64,000 nucleotides of DNA from Planctomycetota bacterium (GCA_965223545.1 OZ245006.1:3264001-3328000), one strand, 5' to 3'; positions 49,276-59,694 are shown, numbered from the stretch's first letter. Numbers and translations: made by a program. Notes: generated by a model not told the origin, from the sequence alone.

Positions 49276-51600
49276 TCAGTTGCCTCCCGCCGCGCCGACC
49301 TCGGTCGCGCGCTCGTTGTTGCCCAGGCGTTGTAGGTAGCCGATCAGGGCGACCAGCTCGCTGTCTTGCTCGGCCGGCAGCCCGAAGGTCGAGAGCTCGG
49401 CGACGATCGCACTGGCCTGCTCGCGAAACTCGGTCTCGGCGGCGTCGATGTCAGCGTCGGTGTAGGGCACGCCGAGCGCGCGCATCGACTTGAGCTTGAA
49501 CGGCGTCAGGCTCAGGTCGACGCGATCGTCCAGCAGCCAGGGATAGGCCGGCATGTTGGAGCCGATCGATACCTCGCGGGGATCGATCATGTGCCGGTAG
49601 TGCCACGCGTGGTTCGACTTGCCGCCGACGCGCGCCAGGTCCGGCCCGGTCCGCTTGCTGCCCCACTGGAACGGATGGTCCCACATCGACTCCTCGATGC
49701 GACTGGGCTCGCCGTAGCGCTGCCACTCGGCGCGGAACGGCCGGATCATCTGCGAGTGACAGGTGTAGCAGCCCTCGCGCACGTAGATGTCCCGACCTTC
49801 GAGCTCGAGCGGTGTGTAGGGCGCGACGGCGTAGTCGCCGGCCGCGGTCATCGGCACCTTCTTCTCGAGCACGATCCCGGGCAACAGCTCGACCAGACCA
49901 CCGGCGAGCACCGCCAGCGCAACCAGCAGCGAGAACGCCAACGGCCGGCGCTCGATCGTGTCGTGCCAGCTGAAGCGGCCTCCCGCGGCCGCCCGCGCGA
50001 GACCCCCAGCGGCCAACACACAGACCAGCGCCAACACGCCCAAGCCCACCGGCGCGGCGGTCGGCGACGCCATCAGAAAGAAGCCGATGAAGCCGACACA
50101 GGTCAAGACGAACGGCGTGCCGAACACCAGCCCGGCCGTGCTCGGACCACCGGTCTCGGGCACCAGCACCGTGACCTCGGCCTTGCCATCGACCTTCGCG
50201 CCCGCGGCGATCGTGCGCCACAGGTTCACGATCATCAGCAGCCAACCGACGATGAACAGACCACCGCCCAAGCTGCGGAACCAGTACGGCAGCTGCACCG
50301 CGGTGGTGATCTTGACCCACTCGGGATACTGCAGCGCGCCGTCGGCAGTCTGCGCACCCTGCATCAAGCCACTGGTCACGCCGGCGACCCACATCGATCC
50401 GACGTAGAACAGGATGCCGAAGATGGCGATCCAGAAGTGCCAGTCGGCCAGCGCCTTGGAGTGCAGCTTGGTGCCGTACAGCCGTGGCACCAGCCAATAG
50501 AACATGCCGGCGGCCATCAGGCCGTTCCAGCCGAGCGCACCCGAGTGCACGTGGCCGATGATCCAATCGGTGTAGTGGCCGAGCGCGTTGACGGCCTTGA
50601 CCGACAGCAGTGGCCCCTCGAACGTCGCCATGCCGTAGAAGGTGACGCCGGCGACGAAGAACTTGAGCACGGGGTCGGTGCGCACCTTGTGCCACGCACC
50701 GCGCAGCGTGAGCAGGCCGTTGAGCATTCCGCCCCACGACGGCGCCCACAGCATCAGGCTGAACAGCATGCCCAGAGACTGCGCCCAGTCGGGCAGCGCG
50801 GTGTAGAGCAGATGGTGCGGCCCCGCCCAGATGTAGAGAAACACCAGCGCCCAGAAGTGGACGATCGACAGGCGATAGCTGTAGACCGGCCGCCCTGCCG
50901 CCTTGGGCAGGAAGTAGTACATGATGCCGAGAATCGGCGTGGTCAAGAAGAACGCGACCGCGTTGTGCCCGTACCACCACTGCGTCAGCGCGTCCTGTGC
51001 GCCGGCGAAGATCCCGTAGCTCTTGGTCCCGGTCAGGGGCAGGGCCAAGTTGTTGACCACGTACAGGATCGCAATGGTCAGAATCGTCGAGATGTAGAAC
51101 CACAGAGCGACGTACAGGTTCTTCTCGTTGCGCTTCTTCAGCGTCCAGAAGAAGTTGACGCCGAACAGCACCCAGACCACCGCGACCGCCAGGTCGAGGA
51201 ACCACTCGAGCTCGGCGTACTCCTTCGACTGGGTGATGCCGAGCGGCAGGGTGATCGCCGCGCCCAGGATGATCAGCTGCCAGCCCCAGAGGTGGATCTT
51301 GGACAGCAGATCGGACGCCATCCGCGCCTTCAGCAATCGCTGGGTCGAGTAGTAGATGCCGGCGAACATCATGTTGCCGACCAGCGCGAAGATGACCGCG
51401 TTGGTGTGCAGCGGCCGGATCCGCCCGAACGTCAACCACGGCAACTCGAAGTTGAACCACGCCGAGCTCAGCTGCAGGGCGGCCAACAGACCGACCAACA
51501 TGCCGATGAGCCCCCACGCGATCGACCAGAAGATGAAGCCGCGCGTGACCCCGTCGTCGTAGACGATCTGGCGGGTCTCGAGTGTGTTTCCGGTGGACAT
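49276..51600 (-). CDS. ccoN: fused cbb3 oxidase subunits I and II
   Basis: RPLHTNAVIF, WWYGHNAV, WAGPHH, GHVH, then EGCYTCHSQMIRP and WGSKRTGPDLAR (CcoO). Confidence 0.95.
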   Translation of the reverse strand: MSTGNTLETRQIVYDDGVTRGFIFWSIAWGLIGMLVGLLAALQLSSAWFNFELPWLTFGRIRPLHTNAVIFALVGNMMFAGIYYSTQRLLKARMASDLLSKIHLWGWQLIILGAAITLPLGITQSKEYAELEWFLDLAVAVVWVLFGVNFFWTLKKRNEKNLYVALWFYISTILTIAILYVVNNLALPLTGTKSYGIFAGAQDALTQWWYGHNAVAFFLTTPILGIMYYFLPKAAGRPVYSYRLSIVHFWALVFLYIWAGPHHLLYTALPDWAQSLGMLFSLMLWAPSWGGMLNGLLTLRGAWHKVRTDPVLKFFVAGVTFYGMATFEGPLLSVKAVNALGHYTDWIIGHVHSGALGWNGLMAAGMFYWLVPRLYGTKLHSKALADWHFWIAIFGILFYVGSMWVAGVTSGLMQGAQTADGALQYPEWVKITTAVQLPYWFRSLGGGLFIVGWLLMIVNLWRTIAAGAKVDGKAEVTVLVPETGGPSTAGLVFGTPFVLTCVGFIGFFLMASPTAAPVGLGVLALVCVLAAGGLARAAAGGRFSWHDTIERRPLAFSLLVALAVLAGGLVELLPGIVLEKKVPMTAAGDYAVAPYTPLELEGRDIYVREGCYTCHSQMIRPFRAEWQRYGEPSRIEESMWDHPFQWGSKRTGPDLARVGGKSNHAWHYRHMIDPREVSIGSNMPAYPWLLDDRVDLSLTPFKLKSMRALGVPYTDADIDAAETEFREQASAIVAELSTFGLPAEQDSELVALIGYLQRLGNNERATEVGAAGGN

Positions 51601-51636
51601 CGGAAACCGAACGCGCCCGTCAGGGATTTCTTTCGA

Positions 51637-51804
51637 TCACTTTCGCGGTTGGCTCGACTGCTCCGGATCGTCGTCCTCGAGGGGCAACAGGGTCAGCCGA
51701 TCGGCGTGCTCGTGATCGCGCTGGCGCACGCTGAAGACGAACAGCAGGACACCGCAAGCGGCCAGAAACAGGCTGCAGAGCACCAAGAGCGGGACGACGT
51801 TCAT
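51637..51804 (-). CDS. ccoS: cbb3 oxidase maturation protein CcoS
   Basis: MNVVPLLVLCSLFLAACGVLLFVFSVRQRDHEH..LLPLEDD; coupled to ccoI. Confidence 0.8.
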   Translation of the reverse strand: MNVVPLLVLCSLFLAACGVLLFVFSVRQRDHEHADRLTLLPLEDDDPEQSSQPRK

Positions 51805-54218
51805 GTTTCGCTCGACTCTGATGTAGACGGCGACGGCGACGGACCCGCCAGCCGCGCCGCGGTGTGCGCGAGGAGTCCTACCGAGCTGAGCGGCATCAGC
51901 ACGGCGCAAAGCAACGGCGTCATCACGCCGGCGAACGCGAGGCTCAGGGCGAGCACGTTGTAGACCACGGCCAAGCCGAGGTTGGTGGTCACCACGCGGT
52001 GCAGCCGCCTGCTCGCGTCGAGGACCCCGGTGACGGCGTGGGCACCGCCACCGGCGTAGAAGAAGTCGGCCTTGGACGGCAGCACGGGTCGGTCGATCGC
52101 GGGCGTTCCGGCACAGAAGGCGGCCGCGAACGCGGGCGCATCGTTGAGGCCATCGCCGACCATCAGAGTGTCGTCGCGGTCCAGCGACCGCACGCACTCG
52201 GCCTTCTGCTCGGGCGAAAGGCCACCCCGCGCGCGGTCCTCGGGTACGCCCAGCACGCGCGCGACCCGGTCGACCTTGTTCGGCCGATCGCCGCTCAGCA
52301 ACCAGACGTCGACGCCATGCGCACGCAGGGCGGCGATCTCATCGACATAGCCCTCGCGCAGATCCTCATCCACCTGGAAGCAGGCTTCGACGTGGCCGTC
52401 GCAGGCCAGCAACAACAGATCGTCGGCGACGCCGCGCGCGGCGTCGCCGAGGACGAACGCGCGAGACCCCAACCGACACTCCCGCCCGTCGTGACGGGCG
52501 AGCAGACCACCGCCGGGATGGGTTTCGACGACGAGCTCCTCGAGCAGCCGAGCCGGCCCGGATGCCGCCAGCGTGCGCGCCAACGCGCGGCTGACCGGGT
52601 GGCTGCTGGCATTCACCATGGTCCACAACACGTCGCGAAAGGCGCTCGGCACCGGCCGCAGCTCGACCACGGCCACGCCTCCCCAGGTCAGCGTGCCGGT
52701 CTTGTCGAACAGCGCCTTGCGCACGTGGCGCGCCTTGTCCAGCAGCGCCGCGTTGCGCACGAAGATGCCGGCGCACCGCAGCCGCACCACGGCGAGGTCG
52801 AAGGCCAACGGGATCGCCAAGCCGAGTGCGCAAGGACACGTCACGACCAATACCGCGGTGGTGACCGCGACGATGCGCGACGGGTCCAGCCACCACCAGA
52901 GCACTGCCGCCGCGGTCGCCGCCACCAGGACCGCGGCGACGTAGACCTGGTTGAGGCGGGCCCAGAACCGATCACGGCCGCGCACCTCGCCATCGCCGGT
53001 CGCGCCGGGCGTCAACAGCTCCAGCAAGCCCGAGTCTGCCGCGGTGGCCTCGACCACGACGCGCACCGCGTGCCGGTCCGCGCAGAACGCGCCCGCCGGC
53101 AGCGGCGCCCCTTCGACGAAGCACACCGGCTCCGACTCACCGCGGATCCAGTCGAGCGAGAACTCCGCCCGCTCGGTGAGCAATCGGGCGCGCACCGGCA
53201 GCAGATCGCCGGGCGCGAGCTGCAGGACATCGCCGGGCGCAAGCTCGGTGACGGCAACCACCTCGAGCGCACCACCGCGCAGCCGGCGGCCTCGCAAGTG
53301 GTCCGCGCCGTCGTTGGCCAGCAGATAGTCGCGGTTGCGGCGCACTGCCCTGGTCTGCACGTAGCGCCCGGCCAACATGAGCGCGACGAACACGGTGACG
53401 GTATCCAGATAGCCGGTCTCGGCACCGGCGATCACCCCCGCCGCCGAGCTGCCGAAAGCCAGCGCGATGCCCAGCGAGATCGGCAGATCGAGATGCAGCA
53501 CGCGGTGGCGCACCCCGGCGAGCGCTCCGCGGAAGAACACGGGGCCCCCGACCGCGACGGCGACGGCCGCCAACCCCAGCGACAGCCAGCGAAACAGGGG
53601 ATACACGGCACCGTCCGCTGCAGTCATCCCGGTGTAGCCCGCCAGCGCGAACATCATCGCGTTGAGCGCCAGCGCTACACAGATGCCGAGCCGCAGCAGC
53701 AGCCCGTGCTCTTCGCCCGCATCGCTCTTGCTGGCCGGAGCGAACCGGTAGCCGAGGTGCTCGGCGGCATCCAAGTACTCGCCCAGCACCAGACGTTCCG
53801 GATCGTAGGACAGCACGGCGCGGCCCAGCGCCGGGTTGATCTCGATGGCATGCCCGCCGTCACGGTCGCGCCACAAGCGCTGCAGCAGCCACACGCACGC
53901 GCCGCAGTGAATGCCCTGCACATCGAGCGCCAGCCGCACCTGGCCACCGGCGAGGCGACCCGCAACCTCGAGCTCGGTGAGCCATTCCCGTGCGGCCGGG
54001 CGGGGGACCGCGCCCACCGGCTGCCCCCGGCCGCCGCCGAGCTCGTAGAAGCGCTGCAGCCCCTGCCCCGCGAGCATGCGGTGCACCGCAGCGCAACCCG
54101 CGCAGCAGAACCGGGGGTCCCGCATCCCAGCGGGCACCGGCAGGCCACAATGCAGGCACTCGGCTGAAATCCCGCGCGTCGCGGAGGGTTGGTCGTGGAC
54201 GAGCGGCAACGCTCCCAT
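51801..54218 (-). CDS. ccoI: heavy-metal P1B-type ATPase CcoI/FixI
   Basis: CLHCG..FCCAGC, HCGAC, CPCALG, DKTGT, HP, GDGLNDA. Confidence 0.9.
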   Translation of the reverse strand: MGALPLVHDQPSATRGISAECLHCGLPVPAGMRDPRFCCAGCAAVHRMLAGQGLQRFYELGGGRGQPVGAVPRPAAREWLTELEVAGRLAGGQVRLALDVQGIHCGACVWLLQRLWRDRDGGHAIEINPALGRAVLSYDPERLVLGEYLDAAEHLGYRFAPASKSDAGEEHGLLLRLGICVALALNAMMFALAGYTGMTAADGAVYPLFRWLSLGLAAVAVAVGGPVFFRGALAGVRHRVLHLDLPISLGIALAFGSSAAGVIAGAETGYLDTVTVFVALMLAGRYVQTRAVRRNRDYLLANDGADHLRGRRLRGGALEVVAVTELAPGDVLQLAPGDLLPVRARLLTERAEFSLDWIRGESEPVCFVEGAPLPAGAFCADRHAVRVVVEATAADSGLLELLTPGATGDGEVRGRDRFWARLNQVYVAAVLVAATAAAVLWWWLDPSRIVAVTTAVLVVTCPCALGLAIPLAFDLAVVRLRCAGIFVRNAALLDKARHVRKALFDKTGTLTWGGVAVVELRPVPSAFRDVLWTMVNASSHPVSRALARTLAASGPARLLEELVVETHPGGGLLARHDGRECRLGSRAFVLGDAARGVADDLLLLACDGHVEACFQVDEDLREGYVDEIAALRAHGVDVWLLSGDRPNKVDRVARVLGVPEDRARGGLSPEQKAECVRSLDRDDTLMVGDGLNDAPAFAAAFCAGTPAIDRPVLPSKADFFYAGGGAHAVTGVLDASRRLHRVVTTNLGLAVVYNVLALSLAFAGVMTPLLCAVLMPLSSVGLLAHTAARLAGPSPSPSTSESSET

Positions 54219-54228
54219 GCCCGAGGCA

Positions 54229-54894
54229 ATGCACGGTCTCCTCGATAGTTTCGTCTTCGGTGCCGCAAACAGCCTGCACTGCGCGGGGATGTGCGGGCCG
54301 ATCGCGGCGTGCACTCTCGGCGGCGGCGCACCGCGCACGGCCACGCTCGCCTACCACGGCGGGCGAATCGCCAGCTACACCCTGGCGGGCGCCGCGGCCG
54401 GCGCGGTGGGCGCGACCGTGGGCAGCGACCGGCTCGGCCACCCTTTTGCCTGGGTATCTGGCCTGCTCGGCGTGGTGCTGTTGGCGAGCGCGACGGGCTG
54501 GCCTCGCATCGGCTCCTGGACCCGGATCCCCGCGCTCGGCGGGATCCTCACCGGGGCGTCCCGGTGGGCGATGCAGCGGCCCCCGGTGCTGCGCGGCGGC
54601 GCGCTCGGCGCACTGACCCCGCTGCTGCCCTGCGGTCTGCTCTACGCGCTCTACCCGGCGGCCCTGCTCGCCGGCGACGCCGGCGGAGGCGCGGTGGTGA
54701 TGCTCGGCTTCGCCTGTGGCTCGCTGCCGGCCCTGTGGCTCGCGCAGGCCAACCTCGGCTGGCTGCAGCGGCGCTGGTCGCCGGCGGCCCGCGCGCGCCT
54801 GCACCGGGCGGTGCTATCGGCAGCCGGGGCGGTGCTGCTGTGGCGCGCGGCGATCACGTGGAGCGGCGGAGCTTGCTGCGGCGCGGCGCCGTGA
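54229..54894 (+). CDS. DsbD_2/TauE-like cbb3 biogenesis membrane protein
   Basis: HCAGMCGP, YHGGRIASY, LPCGLLY. Alternative ATG at 54217. Confidence 0.85.
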   Translation: MHGLLDSFVFGAANSLHCAGMCGPIAACTLGGGAPRTATLAYHGGRIASYTLAGAAAGAVGATVGSDRLGHPFAWVSGLLGVVLLASATGWPRIGSWTRIPALGGILTGASRWAMQRPPVLRGGALGALTPLLPCGLLYALYPAALLAGDAGGGAVVMLGFACGSLPALWLAQANLGWLQRRWSPAARARLHRAVLSAAGAVLLWRAAITWSGGACCGAAP

Positions 54895-55048
54895 CGCGGA
54901 GTGCGTGTCTGCAAGCGCGCACGCTGTCGCAACAAAACGAGAAACTTCGGGGCCCTCGCGGGCGCTCCCATAGCGCACCCCCGGTGCTCGAAGACGGGGT
55001 TAGCAGCTACACTCGACGGGTCCGCATCGCGACCTCCTGCCCCATCGC

Positions 55049-57349
55049 ATGCAATCCGGCGCCTCCACAGAACAGCTGTTCGTCCGCTTCCGGGAAACGG
55101 GCGATCCCGACGCGTTCCGGTTGGTGTTCGAACGCACCGCCGAGGACCTCGTGCGCGTCGCGCAGCGCTGGACCAACGACCGAACACGCGTCGACGACCT
55201 GGTGCAGGACACCTACCTCACGGCGCTGCACAGCAGCGCTCGCTTCGATCCGAAGCAAGACCTGTCCCGCTGGCTCACCGCGATCCTGCGCAACACCGCG
55301 CGCAACGCGCACCGCTACACCAAGCGCCGCGAGACCGTGGGCGGCGAAGTGCTGCACGGCGTGCCGGCCCCGGCCCGACAGATGCCCACCGCGGAAGTCA
55401 GGGCGATCGTCGAGACCACGCTGCAGCAGCTGCCCGGACGCTACCGCGCCGTCTTGCACCCGTACTTGATCGAGGAGCTCTCCGCCAAGGAGATCGCGGC
55501 GCGGTTGGACTGCTCGCACAGCACGGTGCGCTCGCGCATTTCGCGCGGCTTGCACCGCTTGCGCGGCGCCCTGCCGCGCGGCTTGGCCAGCGTCGTGCTC
55601 GGCAGCATCTTGTTGCCTCGGCTGGTCGCCGAGCGCGGGACGGCACCGGCGGTGCCGCACGCCGCTGAACCCGGCGATCGAGCGGCGGCCGGAAGTCGGA
55701 GCCCGCGCAGGAGACCGACCGGCACCGCCCTCGTCGCCGGCGCCACCGTGCTGCTGTTGGCGTGGGGCGCCGTCCGGTACTGGTCGCCGGCACCCCGAGC
55801 GCCGCGCGAAACGCCCTTGGCCGGTGGCACCAGCGAAGACGAGACGCCGATGACCACAGCGGCTGCGACGCCACGTCGCGTCGAGCGCGCGGCAGCGACC
55901 ACCGACGACGACGCGCGGTGTCGTCTGACGGTGCGCATCGTCTCGCGCGCCACCGGCGCGCCGGTGGCGGGGGCACTCCTCGCCCTCCAACGGCAGTCCC
56001 GCGACACCACGGTGGGCGCGAGCTTGCAGCACTTCTTCTCGGCGATCACGGACGACGCCGGCGAAGCCGCGTTCCGCGTGCGGCCAGGCGCCTGGGGCGT
56101 GCGTTTCGGAGAGGCCAACGGCTCGCCGGTCTACGAGGTCGACCGCAACGCGACGGTCGAGGTCCCGGTCGACCGCGTGGTGACCTTGCGCGGCTCGGTG
56201 ACGACGCTCGAGGGCGCCATCGCCCGCGAGGCCCAGCTGTGGATCGGTGACCCGGAGCTCGGCTTCCAGCCCCCCCAGCTGGCAGCGGTGACGGACAACG
56301 CCGGCCGCTTCGAAGTCCGTCTGCCGGAGGCCTATCGCGCGTGCCTGTGGGCACGCGGCAAGCACCGGGGTTGTTCGGAGGCGGTCCGGCCGCGGCTGGC
56401 ACGGCGGGCGACGTGGGACGTCCGCTTCGTGCTGGCTCCGGCCAGCGGCGCGGTCCGCGGCGCCGTGTTCGACAGGAGCGCGCGGCCCGCTCCGGCGTGG
56501 GTCGGCCTGTATCCGGTCGGCGCGCACCAGCGCTCGACGCCCCCCCGGCTGGCGCGCGCCGAAGCCGGTGAGTTCCATTTCGACGCCCTCCCGGCGGGCG
56601 ATTACCTGCTCGCCGCCCTCGGATCCGACGACACCTCCGGCCAACGACGCGTGCGCATCGAAGCCGACCGCGTCGCCGGCGTGGATCTGCGCCTCGCGCC
56701 GGGCGCGACCGTGTCCGGCCGCATCGTGGATGCCGAAGGCAACCCGGTGCGCGCGCGGATCGCGGGCGGAATCAACTGCCCCAGCGAGCGCCGCGCGCCC
56801 GTCAACTTGCTGTGGCGGCTGGCGACCACCGCCGCGGACGGCAGCTTCACCCTGCCCAACCTGCCGGCCGGCGCGGTGCAAGTCAGCGCTACGGCCGTCG
56901 AGGACGGGGCTCCGCTGGCGCTGCTGCGCACGCATGTGTTCGACGGCAGCAGGATCCGCTGGCGCCCCCGCCCGTGGCGGCTGGGCGGCGAGCTCGATCG
57001 GCCGAGCACGCTGCAGCTGGCGTGGTCTTGGAGCTGGCAGCCCACGGTGCCGGCGACGGCGGAGCCCGACGCCGACCGCCACCGCGTGCAGGTGTTCGGT
57101 CAGCTGGCGGGCAATGGCCAAGCCGAAACCGGACGACTCCAAGTCCGGGTCGAGCCGACCGACACGCTACCCGGGCTGAACACCCACTGGGCCCCCGTGC
57201 GCAGCGGCACGTTCCAGTTCGACAGCCTACGCCGCGGTCGCTACCGGCTGTCCGTCGTGCGCGCGGGGACCGCCCCGCTCGGCGAACTCCATTCGGAGAT
57301 CGTCGAGCTGCGCGACCCGGTGCACGACCTGTCGATCGCGCTGCGCTGA
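55049..57349 (+). CDS. ECF sigma factor fused to a TM helix and carboxypeptidase-regulatory-like beta-sandwich repeats
   Basis: DDLVQDT, WLTAILRN, STVRSRISRG; TM helix; TDDAGE/TDNAGRF/GRIVDAEGNPV repeats. Confidence 0.8.
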   Translation: MQSGASTEQLFVRFRETGDPDAFRLVFERTAEDLVRVAQRWTNDRTRVDDLVQDTYLTALHSSARFDPKQDLSRWLTAILRNTARNAHRYTKRRETVGGEVLHGVPAPARQMPTAEVRAIVETTLQQLPGRYRAVLHPYLIEELSAKEIAARLDCSHSTVRSRISRGLHRLRGALPRGLASVVLGSILLPRLVAERGTAPAVPHAAEPGDRAAAGSRSPRRRPTGTALVAGATVLLLAWGAVRYWSPAPRAPRETPLAGGTSEDETPMTTAAATPRRVERAAATTDDDARCRLTVRIVSRATGAPVAGALLALQRQSRDTTVGASLQHFFSAITDDAGEAAFRVRPGAWGVRFGEANGSPVYEVDRNATVEVPVDRVVTLRGSVTTLEGAIAREAQLWIGDPELGFQPPQLAAVTDNAGRFEVRLPEAYRACLWARGKHRGCSEAVRPRLARRATWDVRFVLAPASGAVRGAVFDRSARPAPAWVGLYPVGAHQRSTPPRLARAEAGEFHFDALPAGDYLLAALGSDDTSGQRRVRIEADRVAGVDLRLAPGATVSGRIVDAEGNPVRARIAGGINCPSERRAPVNLLWRLATTAADGSFTLPNLPAGAVQVSATAVEDGAPLALLRTHVFDGSRIRWRPRPWRLGGELDRPSTLQLAWSWSWQPTVPATAEPDADRHRVQVFGQLAGNGQAETGRLQVRVEPTDTLPGLNTHWAPVRSGTFQFDSLRRGRYRLSVVRAGTAPLGELHSEIVELRDPVHDLSIALR

Positions 57350-57370
57350 ATCAGGCGCAGCTGTCGAGGG

Positions 57371-57814
57371 CTAGTCGGCTGGCTCGGCGCGCACGGTGAG
57401 CACCGGGCACGGTGCCTGACGCACCACTCGCTCGGTGGTGCTGCCGACCATGAAGTGGCGCAGACCCGTGTGGCCGTGCGTGCTCATCACGATCAGGTCG
57501 ATCTTGCGATCCGTCGCCGCGGCGCAGATCTCGTCCGCGGCGTTGCCTTGGAAAACCGCGGTCTCGACCTCGACCCCCTGCGGAAACTGCTGTTTGGCGG
57601 TCGCGAACCGCTCGTCGATGGCGTCCCGGTCCTCTTGTAACCGCGCGTCGATGACCTCCTGTGGCAGGCCGTAGCGCGCGTAGTTGAACGCGGGCTCGGC
57701 GACGTGCGCGAGCACGATCTTGGCGCCGAACTTCGCGGCCAGCGTGCCGGCGGCGCCGGTTGCCGCGGCTGCGCAATCGGAGAAGTCGGTGGGCACGAGA
57801 ATGGTCTGAAACAC
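57371..57814 (-). CDS. universal stress protein
   Basis: ILVPTDFS, DLIVMSTHG, GSTTERVVRQAPCPVLTV. Confidence 0.93.
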   Translation of the reverse strand: MFQTILVPTDFSDCAAAATGAAGTLAAKFGAKIVLAHVAEPAFNYARYGLPQEVIDARLQEDRDAIDERFATAKQQFPQGVEVETAVFQGNAADEICAAATDRKIDLIVMSTHGHTGLRHFMVGSTTERVVRQAPCPVLTVRAEPAD

Positions 57815-57951
57815 GTCTGCCGTCCTTTCTGCACCGCCCGCGCAGGGACGGAATCCCAGCCACTGTACGGGTCTGCGTTCGAACAATCCCGGCGCACGGC
57901 CACGAATTTCTGTAGCCCGCGGTGGGTGCTATGCTCCCCGCCGACTCTCGC

Positions 57952-58806
57952 ATGCGAACGCTCGCCCCCGAAGTCCACGCCCGGCTGCGCTGGGTCACCG
58001 TCGAAGACCCATCGCTGGATCTCGGTCCGTTCCCCGATTTCCTGATGATCGGTCCGCAGCGCACCGGGACGACGTGGCTGCACGACAACCTGGCCAGCCA
58101 CCCGCAGCTGTGGCTGCCGCCGGCCAAGGAGCTGTACTACTTCAGCTCACTCGAGTTTCCGGGCACCTACCCGGCCTGGATGCCGCCGCGGTCGAGCGAC
58201 CTCGACTGGTACCTGGCGCACTTCCGGCCGACGGAGGAGCAACGGCGTGCGCGCGAGCAGCAGTGTCGCGAGCTGTGGGGCGAGCCGTTCGAGGGCACCG
58301 TGCGCGGTGAGGGCACCGCGTCCTACGCCGCCGGCCTGTCCGAGGCGGTGATCGACGACGTGCTCGCCCTCAACCCGGCACTGCGCGTGATCGTCCTGGT
58401 GCGCGACCCCGTGGACCGCGCCTGGTCGCACGCGAAGAAGGACCTGGCGCCCGCGGGCGCGTCGATGGCTGCAGTCGACGAGGACCGCATCGCGGAGTTC
58501 GTGCAGAGCTACTACCAGCTCGCGTGCGGGCGCTACTCGGCGTTCCTCCCGCTCTGGGAGCAGCGACTGCGGCCCGAGCACCTGCTGGTGGCGCCCTTCG
58601 CCGACGTCATCGAGCGCCCGCCGGAGTTGCTGATGCGGGTGATGGAGTTCGTCGGCGTGCGGGCCGAGCGCCGCTACGTGCGCGCCGCGGCACGCGAACA
58701 GATCAACCCGACGGCCAGCGCGGCGATGCCGCCGCGCATTCGCGGGCTGCTCGAGGAGCTGTTCGCGGACGAACGACAGTGGCTGGCCGGCCGCGGCTGG
58801 CTGTAG
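57952..58806 (+). CDS. sulfotransferase
   Basis: IGPQRTGTTWL (5'-PSB), KELYYF, RDPVDRAWS (3'-PB). Confidence 0.85.
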   Translation: MRTLAPEVHARLRWVTVEDPSLDLGPFPDFLMIGPQRTGTTWLHDNLASHPQLWLPPAKELYYFSSLEFPGTYPAWMPPRSSDLDWYLAHFRPTEEQRRAREQQCRELWGEPFEGTVRGEGTASYAAGLSEAVIDDVLALNPALRVIVLVRDPVDRAWSHAKKDLAPAGASMAAVDEDRIAEFVQSYYQLACGRYSAFLPLWEQRLRPEHLLVAPFADVIERPPELLMRVMEFVGVRAERRYVRAAAREQINPTASAAMPPRIRGLLEELFADERQWLAGRGWL

Positions 58807-58809
58807 CCG

Positions 58810-59499
58810 ATGCCGGCAGCCCCACACCCCTGGCTTGGCGGCAACTACGCCCGGCTGCTCGCCTCGCTCTGCTTGGTCGGCGCGCTCTACCCACTGGTGG
58901 GCGAACGCCGCATCGGCCAGATCATCTGGACGGTCGCCTTCTGGTTGGTGCTGTACTTCGGTCAGTCCGCGGTCCTCGCCCATCCGCGGGCACGCGCGGC
59001 ACTCCGCGCCCTGGCGGTGCTGGCACTGGTCTCCGGCATCGCGATGATCAGCATCGCCGCCCCGGTCGAAGTGCTGGCACTCCCGTACGCGGCGGCCAAC
59101 ACCGCGTTTCTCCTGGCGACCACGTGCGTGATCCTCGCCGACGTCGTCGCCGGGCGACAGGTCGACGGCAACCGCATCGTCGGCGCGATCTGCGTGTATC
59201 TGCTGATCGGCATGACGTTCGGCTTCGCCTATCTGCTGCTCCACGCCGCGGGCGAACCGGTGGTCGCCGGGCTGGACCCGGCGCAGGCATCGTTCGCGGC
59301 GAGCTATCTGTACTTCAGCTTCTCGACGCTGACGACGCTCGGCTACGGCGACCTGGCCCCGGAGGGACGATTCGCGCAGCTGCTGGCGCCGACCGAAGCG
59401 GTGATCGGCCAGATCTACTTGACGATCCTGGTCGCGCGCTTGGTCGGCCTGCACATCTCGCAACAGCCGGCCGCGCCGCGCAGGCCCGACGAACCCTGA
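58810..59499 (+). CDS. potassium channel family (Ion_trans_2) membrane protein
   Basis: YFSFSTLTTLGYGD pore, EAVIGQIYLTILVARLVG. Confidence 0.85.
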   Translation: MPAAPHPWLGGNYARLLASLCLVGALYPLVGERRIGQIIWTVAFWLVLYFGQSAVLAHPRARAALRALAVLALVSGIAMISIAAPVEVLALPYAAANTAFLLATTCVILADVVAGRQVDGNRIVGAICVYLLIGMTFGFAYLLLHAAGEPVVAGLDPAQASFAASYLYFSFSTLTTLGYGDLAPEGRFAQLLAPTEAVIGQIYLTILVARLVGLHISQQPAAPRRPDEP

Positions 59500-59694
59500 C
59501 GCTCACGAGAGCGTCACCGCCGATCGCGCGCGGCACCTGGTGCCCAGCCCCCGCGGCACGGCCGCACCGCGCCGGGTGCGGCCAGACTTTGACCGCTACG
59601 GCAAAAGCACTTGCGCCGACCAAGGCAATTCCGCTCAGCGCGGCACGCGATTCGTTCTTGCCCCTCTTGCCGGAACCTCCGGCGAGGAGCCCCG

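Noticed and set aside
30660..57420. Shared 23 bp CGCACGGTGAGCACCGGGCACGG at about 30660 and 57390
   Set aside because: It encodes the conserved PCPVLTVR end of two USP paralogs, not a mobile-element end.
59595..59660. Possible sigma-54 promoter upstream of the ECF gene
   Set aside because: One candidate has GG-GC spacing of 11 rather than 10, and the other lacks the -12 GC.
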